A DNA stretch of 64,000 nucleotides, taken from assembly GCA_943704425.1 (NCBI GenBank), contig CALSCP010000013.1, forward strand, positions 1 to 64,000, written 5' to 3'. The notes beneath the pieces were generated by a model, which did no database searches, was not told the origin of the DNA, and worked only from the letters and a program-made list of their open reading frames with translations. Of the stretch, positions 12,936 through 29,471 are shown in pieces; position 1 is the first letter of the stretch, and every line of letters begins with the position of its first letter. A program made the position numbers and the translations under genes. This DNA comes from Ministeria vibrans ATCC 50519. Lineage: Eukaryota > Protista > Filasterea.

Positions 12936-15685
12936 ATGGCGTCGGGCTGGTGGTCGCAGAGCGGGATCAGTTCCTTTGCGACCTCTGCATTACAAAAGGC
13001 CCAAAAGCAAATCGACAAGGCTCTCGACATCCCACCGTCCACCGATCCCAATGCGCCCAAAGTGTCCGACTTGAGCGCGTTGCCCTCCCTCTTTTCGCCT
13101 TCCAAAGGTTCACACCGCTTCGCTTCATTTTCCCTCTTGCCCTTTCGCTAACCCCCACCCCGTCTCTTACATTCCTTCTACTCACCATAGCCACCACTCC
13201 AGCTTCAACACTCGACGTAAAAGTCCCCGAACAGACTCGTAACCCTCTCGAAACGACCGGTATAGACCCAACACAAGTGCTCAGCACGTAAGAATTCTCA
13301 TCATTTCCATTTACAGTTCCCGCCGCGCTCGCCTCGACCTCGCCTGCCGCGACCGTGCCTGGAGACGCCAGCAAGGCGACCAATGACCGCATTGAGAACG
13401 CCACCAGCGACGCCGATGCCGATCACGACGACACCAAGGACGACGAGAGTGCGTGGCAGACAGCTGCGCTTGTGTCGCCTGGTCGACCCCGCCCCATGCG
13501 CCATTCTAAAACCACTGTCGTCCACGCTGAGGACCAAGTCGACCCCAAGCCTGCGACCAATCTCGAGCTCGTTGCTCTGTCTCCGCCCGAAACCGAGACC
13601 AACTCTTCAGTGATTGAGTCTCGAGAGGCAACTGGCGACGCCCGCACCAGAAGTCCCTCCCCTTCTCCTTCACACATTCCTCTTCATCCTCTTTCCTCTC
13701 CTTCTCCTTCCCCTGATCCTTCTTCTTCTCTTGATCCTTCTCCTGCTTCTGCTCCTGTTGATGCTCCTTCTCCTTCTCCTTCTCCTTCTCCCTCTCCCGC
13801 TCCTTCTCCTTCTCCTTCTCCTTCTCCCTCTCCCGCTCCTTCTCCTTCTCCTTCTCCCTCTCCCGCTCCTTCTCCTTCTCCTTCTCCCTCTCCCGCTCCT
13901 TCTCCTTCGCCTTCGCCTTCTCCTTCTCCTCCTGCTTGCGAGCCAAAACTTGAAGACGTTGAGCCTGAAATTCGAACGACACCACGCACCGCCCCTGTGG
14001 ATGCACAGCTGCTCAAATTTGTTGGAGAGCGCGACGCATTCCTTATGCAACTAGAAGACGCCAAGGTGGAGCTGGAACAAGTTCGTGGGCGCATCGCAGC
14101 AGAGTACGAGGAGCGACTAGGCGCGCTGCAGAGGGAGTGCGCGCGCTGGAAGGACACGGCAGAGGCACTGCGCAGCACAAGCGATGGAGCCACGCGAACG
14201 GCCGCCGAGTTGGTCGAGGCACGCCAGCAGATTGCCGAGTTTGTCAAGGAGGGCGAGAAACTGAGTCGTCAGGAGCTACAGACGAACACGCGCATGCGCA
14301 AGGCAGTGACGCAAATCAAGGAGCTCCGCGAGCAGGTCAAATCCCTCGAGGGAAAACTCGAAGGATCGGAGACCCAGGTGGCGTCGTTGAAGAAGTCTCT
14401 TGCAGACGCACGCGAAAATGTCGTGGCAGCAGACGCACGGGCGGCCGTAGCGGCAGCAGACGCAGCCAGTGCTGAGAAAGATCGCGAGCGAGCGACACGC
14501 GACGCACAGTCAGCGCAGGCAACGGTGAGCACGCTGGAGCAGACTGTGGTGACGCTGCGGAGCGAAGTCAGTCAGCTGCGTGTGGCCAATGCCGAGGCAC
14601 TCGCCACTGCTGAGGCAGCACAAGAGGCGGCGCGAGGCACCGCCACGACCGAGCTGCGCGCGACACTGCAGGAGCACGAGCAGCAGAATCGGGTGGAGAA
14701 GGCGGCACTTGAGGAACAGGTGACGACCCTCACCGAACAGTTGTCTCGCGAGGCAGCGACGGCCGCCAAACGCGAAGACGCTCTCCTTGCCCAAGTGGCC
14801 GAGGCACGCCAGCGCGTGGAAGACGCTGCGGCGCGCAACGAACAGCTCAGTGCCAGCGTGACGGAGGCCACGCAGCCACTGCTGCGGCAACTAGAGGCAC
14901 TCGATCGAACGCACAAGGCTCGCAGTCAGGCGTGGGAAGCGGCCGAAAACGCCCTGATGGGTCGCGTCGAAGACGCAGAACAACAGGTGGCGAACGCTGA
15001 GGAACGCGCACGACATGCCTTGACGACACAGACAGCCATGCAGACGCGACTGTGCGAGGTGGAAGCGCGCCTTGCTGACGAAGTGCGCGCACGCGCCGAA
15101 GCAGAGAGTCTACGGGAGTCGTTGCAAGCGACTGTGGACGTGCAGGTTGCCGAGAAGGCCGCGGCCGAGGGGCGTCTTGCGGCGCTGTTGCAGTCGTCGG
15201 ATCAGGAGCAGCAGCGACTGCGCAATGCGTGCGCACAGACTCGCCAAGAGTGCACAGGACTGCGCGAAGACATGCAACGACGCGACGACACCGTCAAGCG
15301 ATTGCGCACACAGCTCGCGGAGGTGTCGCACGAGCTAAACACGCTACGACGACGCACGCAGGAGGAAAGCGAACAACAGGCTCTACAGGCGGAGCGGCAG
15401 CACAGCCAAGGGGTAGTTGACGGAGAGGAGGCTAACGAAGCGCTCGCAGGTGAGAGTGCGCAGAGTATTCTCACGAGTGCGACCACTTCCAGTAGTGCGG
15501 CTCAACCAGCGTTCTCGGCGTCGTCGTCGTCGTCGTCGTCGTCGGTGGCACATCTCTTGCCGGAACTCGAGCGGTTGCGAGCGGCACTCAAGCGCAAGGA
15601 GGGCGAGTGTGCTGCGCTGAGGGAACGTCGCGCCGAGTCAGACTCGCAAACTGCACGGTACTCTAAATTAATCATTATTGTATAA
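12936..15685 (+). CDS. TMF1: TMF1/Sgm1 golgin (TATA element modulatory factor); C-terminus appears incomplete
   Basis: N-terminus [28 protein letters not shown]; [18 protein letters not shown]; [23 protein letters not shown]; [14 protein letters not shown]; long coiled coil. Confidence 0.85.
13690..13932 (+). repeat. Coding (Ser-Pro)n repeat, [15 protein letters not shown], in TMF1
   Basis: TCTCCT hexamer array with 24/30-bp higher-order units. Confidence 0.9.
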
Positions 15686-15762
15686 ATTTTAATAATGAGT
15701 ATACAAAAAAAAAAAAAAAAAAAAAAGTGTGTGTGTAAAGAGATAGTTCGAGAAAGAGTGAG

Positions 15763-17782
15763 TTAGTTTTGGGATTGGTCGTAATACTGCGCGAGCCACT
15801 TTGCGAGCGTGTCACGTTCCGTCTTGCGGGCCTGAGTGACGGCAGGAGGGTCATGCGGGTTGGAGAAGCGCAGGTCGAGATGGTGGGCACCGCCAGGCAC
15901 AGGGATGGAGATGAGCGTGTCGGACAGCGATGACTGAGTTACAGCGTGAGAGTGTGTGAGAAAAATGTGTGAGTCGTGCAATCGACTGAGCGAGTCACAT
16001 GGACAAAAAGAGGACTCAGGAGTGAGGAGTGGAGGGAGGGGAGAGTGTGTGTCACAGACACACAGGCACACAACATCATATAGAGACATGCAATTAAGAC
16101 TACCTTGACGCAACCAGCCGTCCAAGGATCAACGGAACCCCATGAGAACATAATGTAGGAGGAATGGGAGACATCAAAGTTGAGGGGACACCAGTGGGGC
16201 CGAGGGGTCACCTGCCACTTGGCCTGACAGTACTCAGTCAGCTAAGTGGAGAGAGAGAGGCAGAGAATCAGTAAGAGAGATAATCACTCAGTAAGTTTTT
16301 GAAATTGCATGAGAGGGAACAGCACAGAGCGATACGCACAAACACAACATACTCGAGGAAGAGACCACATGTCAGCGGGAAACATATCAGTAACACCATT
16401 AGTGCCAATGTTATGCAGGATCTCAGTACACGCCTGGTAGTCCCACGCACGCGAGTTGGAGTCGGTGGGCGCACCACAGCCTATCGTTCAAGTACAAGAG
16501 TGAGTAAGATGCAGTGACTGGATGGTGAGTAGGAGAGGCATTCTGTGCGTGAGACATACATGTGACAGGATTGAACAAGTCACAAGAGAGAGAAAGAGAA
16601 AAAAGGAAAAAAGAAAAAAGTCATAGAGAGAGAAATATGTGATGATAGTATACCAGTAGAGTCACTGCACGGGAAGAATTCCACGGAGACATCGTGGCAT
16701 TGGAGGGCACCCGTGTTGTTGTAGTACAAATCAACGGGTCCCTGGTGCGCCACGAGACGCGCAAGAGGGGTCAGCGACGATGCAGTGGCTGCCAGCGTCG
16801 CACATGAGACGTTGACCGGATTGGCTGGCTGAAAGACACAATCTCAGTTAGTACGGAGTCAGTCACTTGCAACACCACCGACACGCACATGCTGTATAAT
16901 AATATTATGATATCCATATCACTGCATATCTCAATACCAGGGGACCGAGGAAGGTGGTCGCATAAGGATAGTCGCCCATGGCAAGGTTGACAAACGCATT
17001 GCGGATCCACTGATTCAAAAAGTCAATGTCGCTCTCGTTCTTGGGCGCATTGCACAGTTTAAGTGTCGACGCAATCTCCGCGTAGTGCTTCTCTTGCGCC
17101 ATGGATGACAACTGATTGAATGCGCCGGTAACTGAGTCGCGGCAGTTGGGCAGGGCCTGGTCAAAGTCGTTGGTGACGAGGCGGTAGAACTCGGTCGAGG
17201 GAGTGATTCCGTCGTAGAGAAGAATTGGCGCACTGGCCGCCAGAGAAAAGTCCACCACGTTGGGGTAGCGCACACGCATCCATGCTGAGAGAGTACCGCC
17301 GTAGCTGCCGCCAAAGGTGACAACAGGCGAACCGGCAAACTCAGTGTTGCGCTGCTTGAAATCAACGAGAAACGTCGCGTAGTCGGCCAGTGCCTGCTCG
17401 GGCGACAGAAATCCCACCTTGCCATGATCAAAGGACTTGTCTGGACCAAAAGGAAGCGATTCACCGTAGTAGCGATGCTCAACAAAGATGATGAGCGCGC
17501 CAAACTAAGAGGGAGGGAGAAAGAAAGTGAGTGAGTGAGAGTGAGTGAGTCAGTGAGTCAGTGAGACATACATACAGACAGAAAGAGAGAGAGAGAGAGA
17601 GAAANNNTGATGAGCGCGCCAAACTAAGAGGGAGGGAGAAAGAAAGTGAGTGAGTGAGAGTGAGTGAGTCAGTGAGTCAGTGAGACATACATACAGACAG
17701 AAAGAGAGAGAGAGAGAGAGAAACAAAGTGATAGAGAGAGAGAGAAACAAAGTGATAGAGAGAGAGAGAGAAACAAAGTGAT

Positions 17783-17816
<34 letters not shown>

Positions 17817-18206
17817 AAGATTGAAGAAATAACGAGATGGATGACATTTTCCAGTGTCGCGTTGTACCTGCTCAGCGAGCTCCCACATGGCGCCGGTATT
17901 GTTGTAGAACTGGTAGATGGTTCCTTCGTTGCCGGTGTAGAAGAAGAGAGGAGCGTCCTGAGCGGAGTGCGCAGTCAGAATGACGAAACGACAAACGGAA
18001 ACCCACCAGAGTCACATGAATACCTTTTTGTGGTTGTAGTGCGCATCGCTGATGAGCACACGTTGATCAAAGGTGATGTCGGCACTCGCCTGCACGTTGA
18101 AATGGTCCAGAGTCTGCTTGTACAGGTAGCTGGCGGACGGAGCCGGTGGATACTCTGTGGCGCACGCAACGGCGATCAGACAGGCAAACAAGCAAGCCTT
18201 GATCAT
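15763..18206 (-). CDS. Lysosomal Pro-X carboxypeptidase / DPP-II (peptidase S28), multi-exon
   Basis: Signal peptide [16 protein letters not shown]; QTLDHFN; FFYTGNEG; [12 protein letters not shown]; [11 protein letters not shown]; nucleophile GGSYGG; ASAPIL; GAHHLDLR. Confidence 0.95.
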
Positions 18207-18314
18207 ACTGAAACTACGACGTATTGAAGTGAGTGCAGACTGATCACTGAATAGTGATTGACACTGAAGACTGAACTCACTCAAGTGAGAGATCTAATTA
18301 TTTCAACTTATTTT

Positions 18315-19203
18315 ATGACAGTCTGCGCTCGCGCTGCTGTTGCCCTCCTTTGCTTGTCGACATTGTGCTATGTTTCCTTTGATGCGTTGGATGACCATCG
18401 CGTAGCCGAGTGGCTTGGAGACTTCTTGTTTCCCGTCGATCCATCCGAGTGCTCTTCCCCGCCCACTGCAGGCTTGCCGTGGGCAGCGCGTCTTCGTGAA
18501 CACCACCAAGAGATCATGGACGAGTTTATCTCGTACCAGCGTGCACGTGGTGCCGCTCCATTGGCTCCCTTTGACCTACTCGACGAAACAGGCTGGAGAC
18601 TCAATTCACACCTGGAACAGCAAAAGTGGCGCGCCATCATGCTCTCTGTGTACGGCCGCACGACCAGGGCCGCCCACGCCTTTCCGTTGACCATGTCCCT
18701 TCTTGCCAGGTGACCCGCAAAAACGGCATCGGATGTGGATGTGACTGACTCGTTTCCTGTGTTTGTGTTGCAGTGTCCCCCACAGCACTGCACTCTTTTC
18801 TGTTCTCGACGCACACAAGGAGATCCCCTACCACCGTGGTCCCTACCGCGGGGTTCTTCGCTATCACTTGGCTCTCTCGGTGCCCCACAAGTGCTCTCGC
18901 GCCGCATCTTTGTCACTCCTCCCGGACCGCTCTCTGGCACTGCCGCATCACCTTGAAGATGTGCTCTCTCTGGTGTGGCAAAATGGGTCCGACTTTCTCT
19001 TCGACGACACACTCTCACACTCCGCATCAAACCCGTGTGATGCCCAGCGTGTCGTTCTCTTTCTCGATATCCCTCGAGACAATCCAAATTCGAAAATAGC
19101 GTCATGGCTCAATCACGTTGCGCTCTTTTCCGTTGCTCCTCACCTGCCTGTCGTGCAAAACATTGTGTCCCGTGCGAATGATGATCATCTGTTGAAGCTG
19201 TAG
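18315..19203 (+). CDS. Aspartyl/asparaginyl beta-hydroxylase domain protein (2OG-Fe(II), ASPH/LpxO-like), 2 exons
   Basis: N-terminal hydrophobic anchor; FSVL..EIPYHRGPYRGVLRYHLAL; W.NGSDFLFDDTLSHSASN...RVVLFLDI. Confidence 0.9.
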
Positions 19204-19706
19204 CTGGCCATTTGTTGCGATATTGTGTGGTTTCGTTTACTGTTGTCGGCGTGGCGCTGTACTCTTATTTGTTGATGGTCCTTCCTACCCAAGTTTGCAT
19301 CTGGCCGTGCTGTCTCTTCTTGCTACTTTTTCTTGCGATCACAGCGTTTCCTAGATACGTGACTACAGTGGGTATCCACGTGCACCCAAATGTGTACGTG
19401 CTGCATGTGCGCACACACGTCGGTGAACATCATCACAATTTTCCATCGTTCAGAACCTAGTGCATGTTGCATGTCACTCGGACCAAGAGTAACACACTAC
19501 CAACGTCATGAAAAAATACAATTCTTCCGCTTTTTAGGAATAAAATAATAGTAATAATATCCGATCAATGACAAAACTTGCTCATCTACTACAAAAAAAA
19601 AGATGTAATTCTATCCTTTGAAAGAAAGCAACAATGAAGAAGAAAGCACCTCTATGAATTATGATCAATCACAAAGGAAAAAAGTAAAATATTCAATATT
19701 TTATTC

Positions 19707-20555
19707 ATGACTCACCTTCCTGATGAACTATGGGTCGCCATCTTCTCTTTCTGTGACCCCCACACAGCTGTTTGCCTTCGATGGTGTTCACAGGTGCCGT
19801 TTTGTGTGAGCAGATCAGACGGATGGCGCGCAATTGCGAATGTCGCGACAAATGACGCCATCGCAGTGCGCCACTGCATCGCGCTCGTACGCCCCATGTC
19901 CGACGCGAACAAAGACCGTCTTCTCAACTCGCCTGGTGCGCTGCATTGCTTCTCTTTGCCTCAAGAGCTCTTCGCTTTTGGCTCTGAATGTCTGACTCAA
20001 AAGTCCCGCGACTTGTTCAAGATTGTCGTTGCAAATCGCCTGACAGAGCGCCTGCCCGTCTCGATGGCCGCCCCGCTTCTGGGTTTGGCATTAGTCACGG
20101 TGGCATTGAAGGCATCTGAAAACGACCTTGCCTTATGGCTGCTGCGCCGTCTTGGCAGCGACGTCTCTTCCGCACAGCTCCTCAGACTGTTTGAGAGTGC
20201 GTGTCAATCCGACAAAACACTCCCCGTAGCACAGTGGATTCTGCACGGACATCACTTGCGCGTGCACCATCTACCTTGTTTCTTGTACGCGTGCATGCGT
20301 GGCCAGATTGCCATTGTACGTTTCCTCCTAGAAGAGGCACAATGCGATCCGACGGAGAATCACAATGAAGCATTGCAGCTCGCTAGTGAACAGGGCCACC
20401 TTGAAGTGGTCCGTCTGCTTCTCAGCGACCCTCGTGTCGACGCAGCCGACGACGGACAGGCAGCCTATCGTGTGGCTGTCGAGAATGACCACACTGCAGT
20501 TGCGGAGTTACTCAAGGCACACGGTGGAACAATTCAAAGGAGGCGCAATCAGTGA
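19707..20555 (+). CDS. F-box + ankyrin-repeat protein (intronless)
   Basis: N-terminal LPDELWVAIFSFCD F-box; C-terminal ankyrin repeats ACMRGQIAIVRFLL, ASEQGHLEVVRLLL, AVENDHTAVAELL. Confidence 0.8.
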   Translation: MTHLPDELWVAIFSFCDPHTAVCLRWCSQVPFCVSRSDGWRAIANVATNDAIAVRHCIALVRPMSDANKDRLLNSPGALHCFSLPQELFAFGSECLTQKSRDLFKIVVANRLTERLPVSMAAPLLGLALVTVALKASENDLALWLLRRLGSDVSSAQLLRLFESACQSDKTLPVAQWILHGHHLRVHHLPCFLYACMRGQIAIVRFLLEEAQCDPTENHNEALQLASEQGHLEVVRLLLSDPRVDAADDGQAAYRVAVENDHTAVAELLKAHGGTIQRRRNQ

Positions 20556-20585
20556 AAATCCACAACATTTTCTCTCTTTATTCAC

Positions 20586-22459
<1,874 letters not shown>

Positions 22460-22833
22460 TTTTCTGCGCGAAAAGAAAACAATGGCGTAAAAACAGTATT
22501 GTGTGAGCTGAGTGCTGCATTTCTCATCGGTTCATGATTAAACGCAATGATTGCGTGGCGACGGTCAAACTTGCCGCAAGTTTCAGCCGAATTTAGGGCT
22601 GAAGGAAAGTTCAAGTGAAGTTCAAGAAAATAATTGAGCATTCGAATATTGAATGGTGAAAGCCAAGTCAGCCAACGCATTACTCAGCCAACAACTATAC
22701 CTATTGAAGAAGAGAAAATGATGAACGAGGATCGTAATTATTCTGAAATTTGATTGTTCGGTTTATTTCAATTTACATTCCAATCGAACACAAAAAAGAA
22801 TAATAATACTAAAATGACCTAATGATCACTGTT

Positions 22834-24848
<2,015 letters not shown>

Positions 24849-25253
24849 TTCAAAAATGGCGCTCAGCACCGCCTCGTACTTCACCGTCAGCGGTCACGCA
24901 CACGATCCCTTGAGTGTTTAGCGCGCGTGCTTCCACGACAAAATACGAATTAATAATGAATGATTAGTTGATTATTGGTATTGTAATTTGTAACGAGAAC
25001 GATTATGATGATTAAATTATGATGATTATTCCCCTTCACACCTTGAAAAATGAAAATGGCCTCTACAGATCCTATCTTTACTTGGCCATTGGGAGCCTAG
25101 GCGAGTGGCCGGGCCCTGGCCATCCACGCATTACCGCTGCTTCAGATTTAACCACATTTACATTCGTTCTCGCTTGATCGCCCAGTCTCGCTTATTCACC
25201 CTCTCACTCCACTTCGTCCACTACGACTCATACGAGTCACCTTATTTTCTCCA

Positions 25254-27444
25254 ATGATTCTCCCGTTGCTTCTTGCTGCCCTTGCAGTGATCGGCCCCTG
25301 CGCCACGTCGGCTGCGTGGACGCAGGTGAACGCGGACCGCAGCAACTCCGGGCGCTCGTCAACAACGTCAGTGTGGACGCCCTTCGTGTCCTGGCTCGCC
25401 AACGACTTCCCCGCCAATCAACAGAGCGTAGACATTCCGTTTTCTGCGGCGCCTGTCGTCGCTGGCGGTCGCGTTTTTGTTTGGCAGACGCAGTCAACGG
25501 AAACACTCTCCCAAACTCTTTTTGCACTGAATGAGACAAATGGCGCGACCCTGTGGACCTTTATGTGTCCCTATGATGATTCATGGGCAGATACGCTTCT
25601 AACACTGCCGATCACGTCGCATTCGGGCGGACGGCTGTACTTGATCTGCACAACAGGTCTCGGCCCACTCGCGCTTGAGACGCGCACGGGCGCACTGCTG
25701 TGGAGCCGCCCGGATTTGGCCCCAGTCGTGGTGTGTGACTATATCACCCCCTGCTTCTGGTCGTCAACAAGCCCTGATGAGTCGATCGTGTACTTTGGCC
25801 CCACAGGCACCCTCCTGGCTCTGAACACGTCGACGGGAGAGACCCTTGCCCAAATCCACGACAGCCAACTCTCGTCGCAGCACGCTCTGGATTCTCATGG
25901 GCGAGTCTACACATCAAGTCTGGGCGGTTCGCAATTTCGCAAGATGCATCAGCCTATTCTGGTGCACGATGCGATGCTTCGGCCTATAGCAACATCACTT
26001 CCCCTCCAATCTTTTGATTGCTCCAGTAATTTCGCCAACGCTCCGTGCTTCATCACCGTGGACAGCAGTCACAGCACCCCCAATGACTCCTCTAGTGTGC
26101 TTGTTTTTCAATCCTTGGGCTCTAGGTTGGCCCTTAGTATTACCGCTTTACGATTTGAAGGAAAAAACAGTACCGTGACCATCATTCCCTGTGACCTTCC
26201 TTCCAAGCCGGGCTGGATGTGGACCCCAAATGGCCCCCTTGCTGTTGGAGCACGCAACCGCACCACTGGCTCAAGACTCGTCTATGCGTTTGGAAGCGGT
26301 CTGATTGTGCAAGTGCTAAACGTGAGTGACAGTGGTGTCGTGTTGTCCGTGCTGCTGCAGGAAGGGAATAGCTAGTGGTATGTCACCTGTCCTCACTGAT
26401 TCTTTTCTTCTCGGGTGCGTTCTCACTTACAATCCTACGTCTTTTTCTACCGACACTATTTTAAACGCTCTCGATCGTGTAAACGGCACCCTGCTCAACA
26501 GCATTGAGGTTCCTCTCAAAGCCTATATTCGACCTGCAAATTACGACTATTCACCCAATCTGATCGCCGTTGGTGACAATGCTCTCTACATTGCTAGTGG
26601 ATCGGAAAGTGGCCCTGGACCAGCCGTTGCGCGACTCACCGCCGGCTTTGTCGTTTCCCTTGAACCGCCCGCAGCAATATTTGACGAAACCCTTGCGACT
26701 GTAACGCTTCGTCTGAATGTGCTTGCACAACAACCCAAAATGGAGCGTCAGCTGGTATGCTGTGTGAATGGCACTGAGCCATCTTCTTGCCTTGCGGCCA
26801 CTACCAGTCCTTCTGATTCTTACGGCGTTGTGTGCACCTTTCCTCGCACTGTACTCTCTATGGGCGTGAATCTCACGAGAGTGTCAGTGGGATTTGTTCG
26901 GGAAGTTAATGTGCCCTCGACAAGCGACCGTTGGCTTCCGCCCGTTGCAGTTCCCTCTGCAGGCATATCCAATACTGTGGTAACGGGCACAACAGGTGAT
27001 CTTTCTCTGTTCCATACCTACTCTATTGTGATGAGTGGCTGGCAGTTGGATCTGATCTGTCCCGATATTGACGTGTGCTCGTGCGAACTTGTCTCCTCCG
27101 CACATGACGTGAGTACTCTTCTTGACCATGGAGCAGTGCAGTCGGTGCGTCTGGTGATGTTAAACGCCACGCAGGCGATATGCTCTCTCACGACCGGTTG
27201 GAGTCTGCACGACGCGACATTGAAAGTGCAACTGACTGGCCCCGCTTGCGCCGCCACATCCACGCTGACCCTTCACGTGTCTGTGCAACTGGCCCAAGTG
27301 ATACTCGGTGTATCGCTGGCTATCCTGCTACTGGTGGTGGTTGTTGTTGTCACACTCATTGCCGTGCGCCGTCGTCGTCAACGGGCGTCCGACATGGCCC
27401 ACCAGCCTCTCTTGAATGCACAATCGACTGCCATTCAAAAGTGA
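25254..27444 (+). CDS. Type I membrane protein with PQQ/BamB-like beta-propeller ectodomain, split into two ORFs by a +1 frame break near 26360-26375
   Basis: Signal peptide; WTQVNADRSNSGRS (PQQ-like N-terminal motif); repeated ALNxxxGxxLW blades (ALNETNGATLW, ALETRTGALLW, ALNTSTGETL, ALDRVNGTLL); C-terminal TM segment followed by RRRRQR. Confidence 0.7.
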
Positions 27445-27883
27445 ATCTTTTCCCAACTTGGAGCATTAAATATTAGTCATATAATAGTTTAACCACTGTG
27501 TTTTCTGGTAATTGTATCACAACAAATGGATTTGATACATTAGTCGACAGGTAAGTGCTCTCCAACTATCATCAGAGTTGCTCCAGTGCAGACGAGAGAG
27601 ATTTTGCTCGACCGTGCAGACGAGAGGGGTTTTGCTCCACAAGCTGATAATAGGCAACCAAAGTAAGGGCGTGCTGTGATCATGTCAACGAGAAGGAGAG
27701 CGATGCCATTGTGTGCGTTGCAATTAGAGGTCTTCAAACGTTTTTCGACTTTTTTTTTCTCATATGTATTTGATTCTCTCTCCCTCGCTCGCTCATTCTC
27801 ATTCTCTCACTCACTCACTCTCTCTCTCTCCCACGCTCTCGCTCTCCTCAACCCTCTTCATAATCGCGCTGATTTGGTGTTGT

Positions 27884-29397
27884 CTACTTGGAGTTCATGA
27901 TCTCAATGAACTCTGCATAGGTGACGCCATCACCCTTCCTACACGCACAATTGAGTTACTTGTCTTCTGAGTGTATGTACGTGCGTGTGTTCTTACGTTG
28001 CATGGGTCATCATCTCGTCGATCTCCCCGTCGTCGCACCCCTCACCGAGTGTCGTCAGGATCGTCTTCAGATCACCCTTGCTGATCTTACCATCCTACAA
28101 ACACACACATACCCATTCAATCCAGCTTGCGCCTTCCTCCTCCCGTTCCCTCACCTTGTCCTTATCGATGAAGTTGAAGGCTGCCTGCAGTTCCGACTCC
28201 GCCTCTCCCTCTCGCATCTACTCACATTGAAAGCGAGTTATATGTAATATTATATTGATAATAATATTATAATAATAATAATAATTATTATTATTATTTT
28301 GCCGATGTGTTGCTTGTAGATTACCTTGCGCATAAGCATACCAAGGAATTCCGGGAAATCAATTGCGCCGTTTGAGTCTGCGAATAACAAGATACATAAT
28401 AATTAAAAATAATTCCTTATCATACTACATGTTTAGTCTTCTTCTGAGACCCAAACAGAAAACAGTAAAGATCAAGATCGAACCTGAATCAACCTCCGCA
28501 AGCATGTCACTGAGCTCTGTCTCGTTCGCATCAAGCCCAAGAGACTTCATAATAGAACCGATGTCCTGTTCCAACAAAAACAACACACAATGAGTCATTT
28601 CCGTTCCTTCACATTTCGTATTGTGTGTTGTTCGCGTTTTGAAACCGCACACAAAATGCGCAAAAAAACACACTCAAGTCGGAACGAGGCACGCCAAGCT
28701 TCGTTGAAACAACAACACGCGTGTCTCCATCGCCCTCTACGCCCGCAAACTTCCGACAAATTGCTCATTTTGAGCCTCACAGACAAACAAATCACACAAC
28801 GCATATTATAAGAAAAAAAAAACGCCAGTGATCCGCAAAACTAACAAAGGAAAGAGAGACAGGGGCACGATGACGACACGCACAGCGCCAGGCGGGCCTG
28901 CGGCGGCACAGGCGCCCGGCGTGGCCGCACAGGGCGCGGCAGAAGTGCCAAAAAAAGGCAAGGACAAAAAAAAAAAAAAAAAAAAAAAAGGAATATGTCG
29001 AAGAGAAGTTTGAAGACTTGTCTGAAGCCCTGTACAACGCATGCGGCAGGGGTGGTTTGCAGCCGGGAGGGCATGGGGCAGAGGGTTGGGTTGAATTGGG
29101 GTGTTTGGTGGGAGTGATGACGGCAACATGAGCGTTTGCCGCTGCCACACGCGCTACAAGGCACCCACGCTGAGCCGGCGCCCTCGAACACGGCTCAGAG
29201 AGGCAGGCGAGCGCAGGGGTGGAAGAAAAGGGCCAGATCGCAAAGGGGAAAGGGTTCGTTTTGAGGGGAAAGGACGCGAAAAGTTTTCAAAGGACCTTGG
29301 TGGTGATTTGACCGGAGCCGGACTTATCAAAGATGGTGAAGGCCTCCTTCAACTCTTGCACTTGCTCGTCCGAGAAGTTATGCTCCGGGGCGGACAT
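27884..29397 (-). CDS. Calmodulin-like EF-hand protein (6 exons)
   Basis: [70 protein letters not shown]; EF4 is degenerate (KGDGVTYAEF). Confidence 0.9.
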
Positions 29398-29471
29398 TCT
29401 GTCTGTATATGTGTAATGTGTCAATTAAAAATGTGACTATTCATATCAATATGATAATCATTTTACTGATC

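Noticed and set aside
17489-17725. About 115-bp direct duplication including an exon edge of the S28 gene
   Set aside because: The two copies flank an 'nnn' join, typical of a contig-overlap artefact.
19212-19510. Hydrophobic 82-aa ORF after the ASPH gene
   Set aside because: Non-ATG start, no recognisable family and no convincing splice model.
27578-27640. Imperfect 28-bp duplication (TTGCTC..GTGCAGACGAGAG) between convergent genes
   Set aside because: Only about two copies and no further structure; probably a local slippage duplication.
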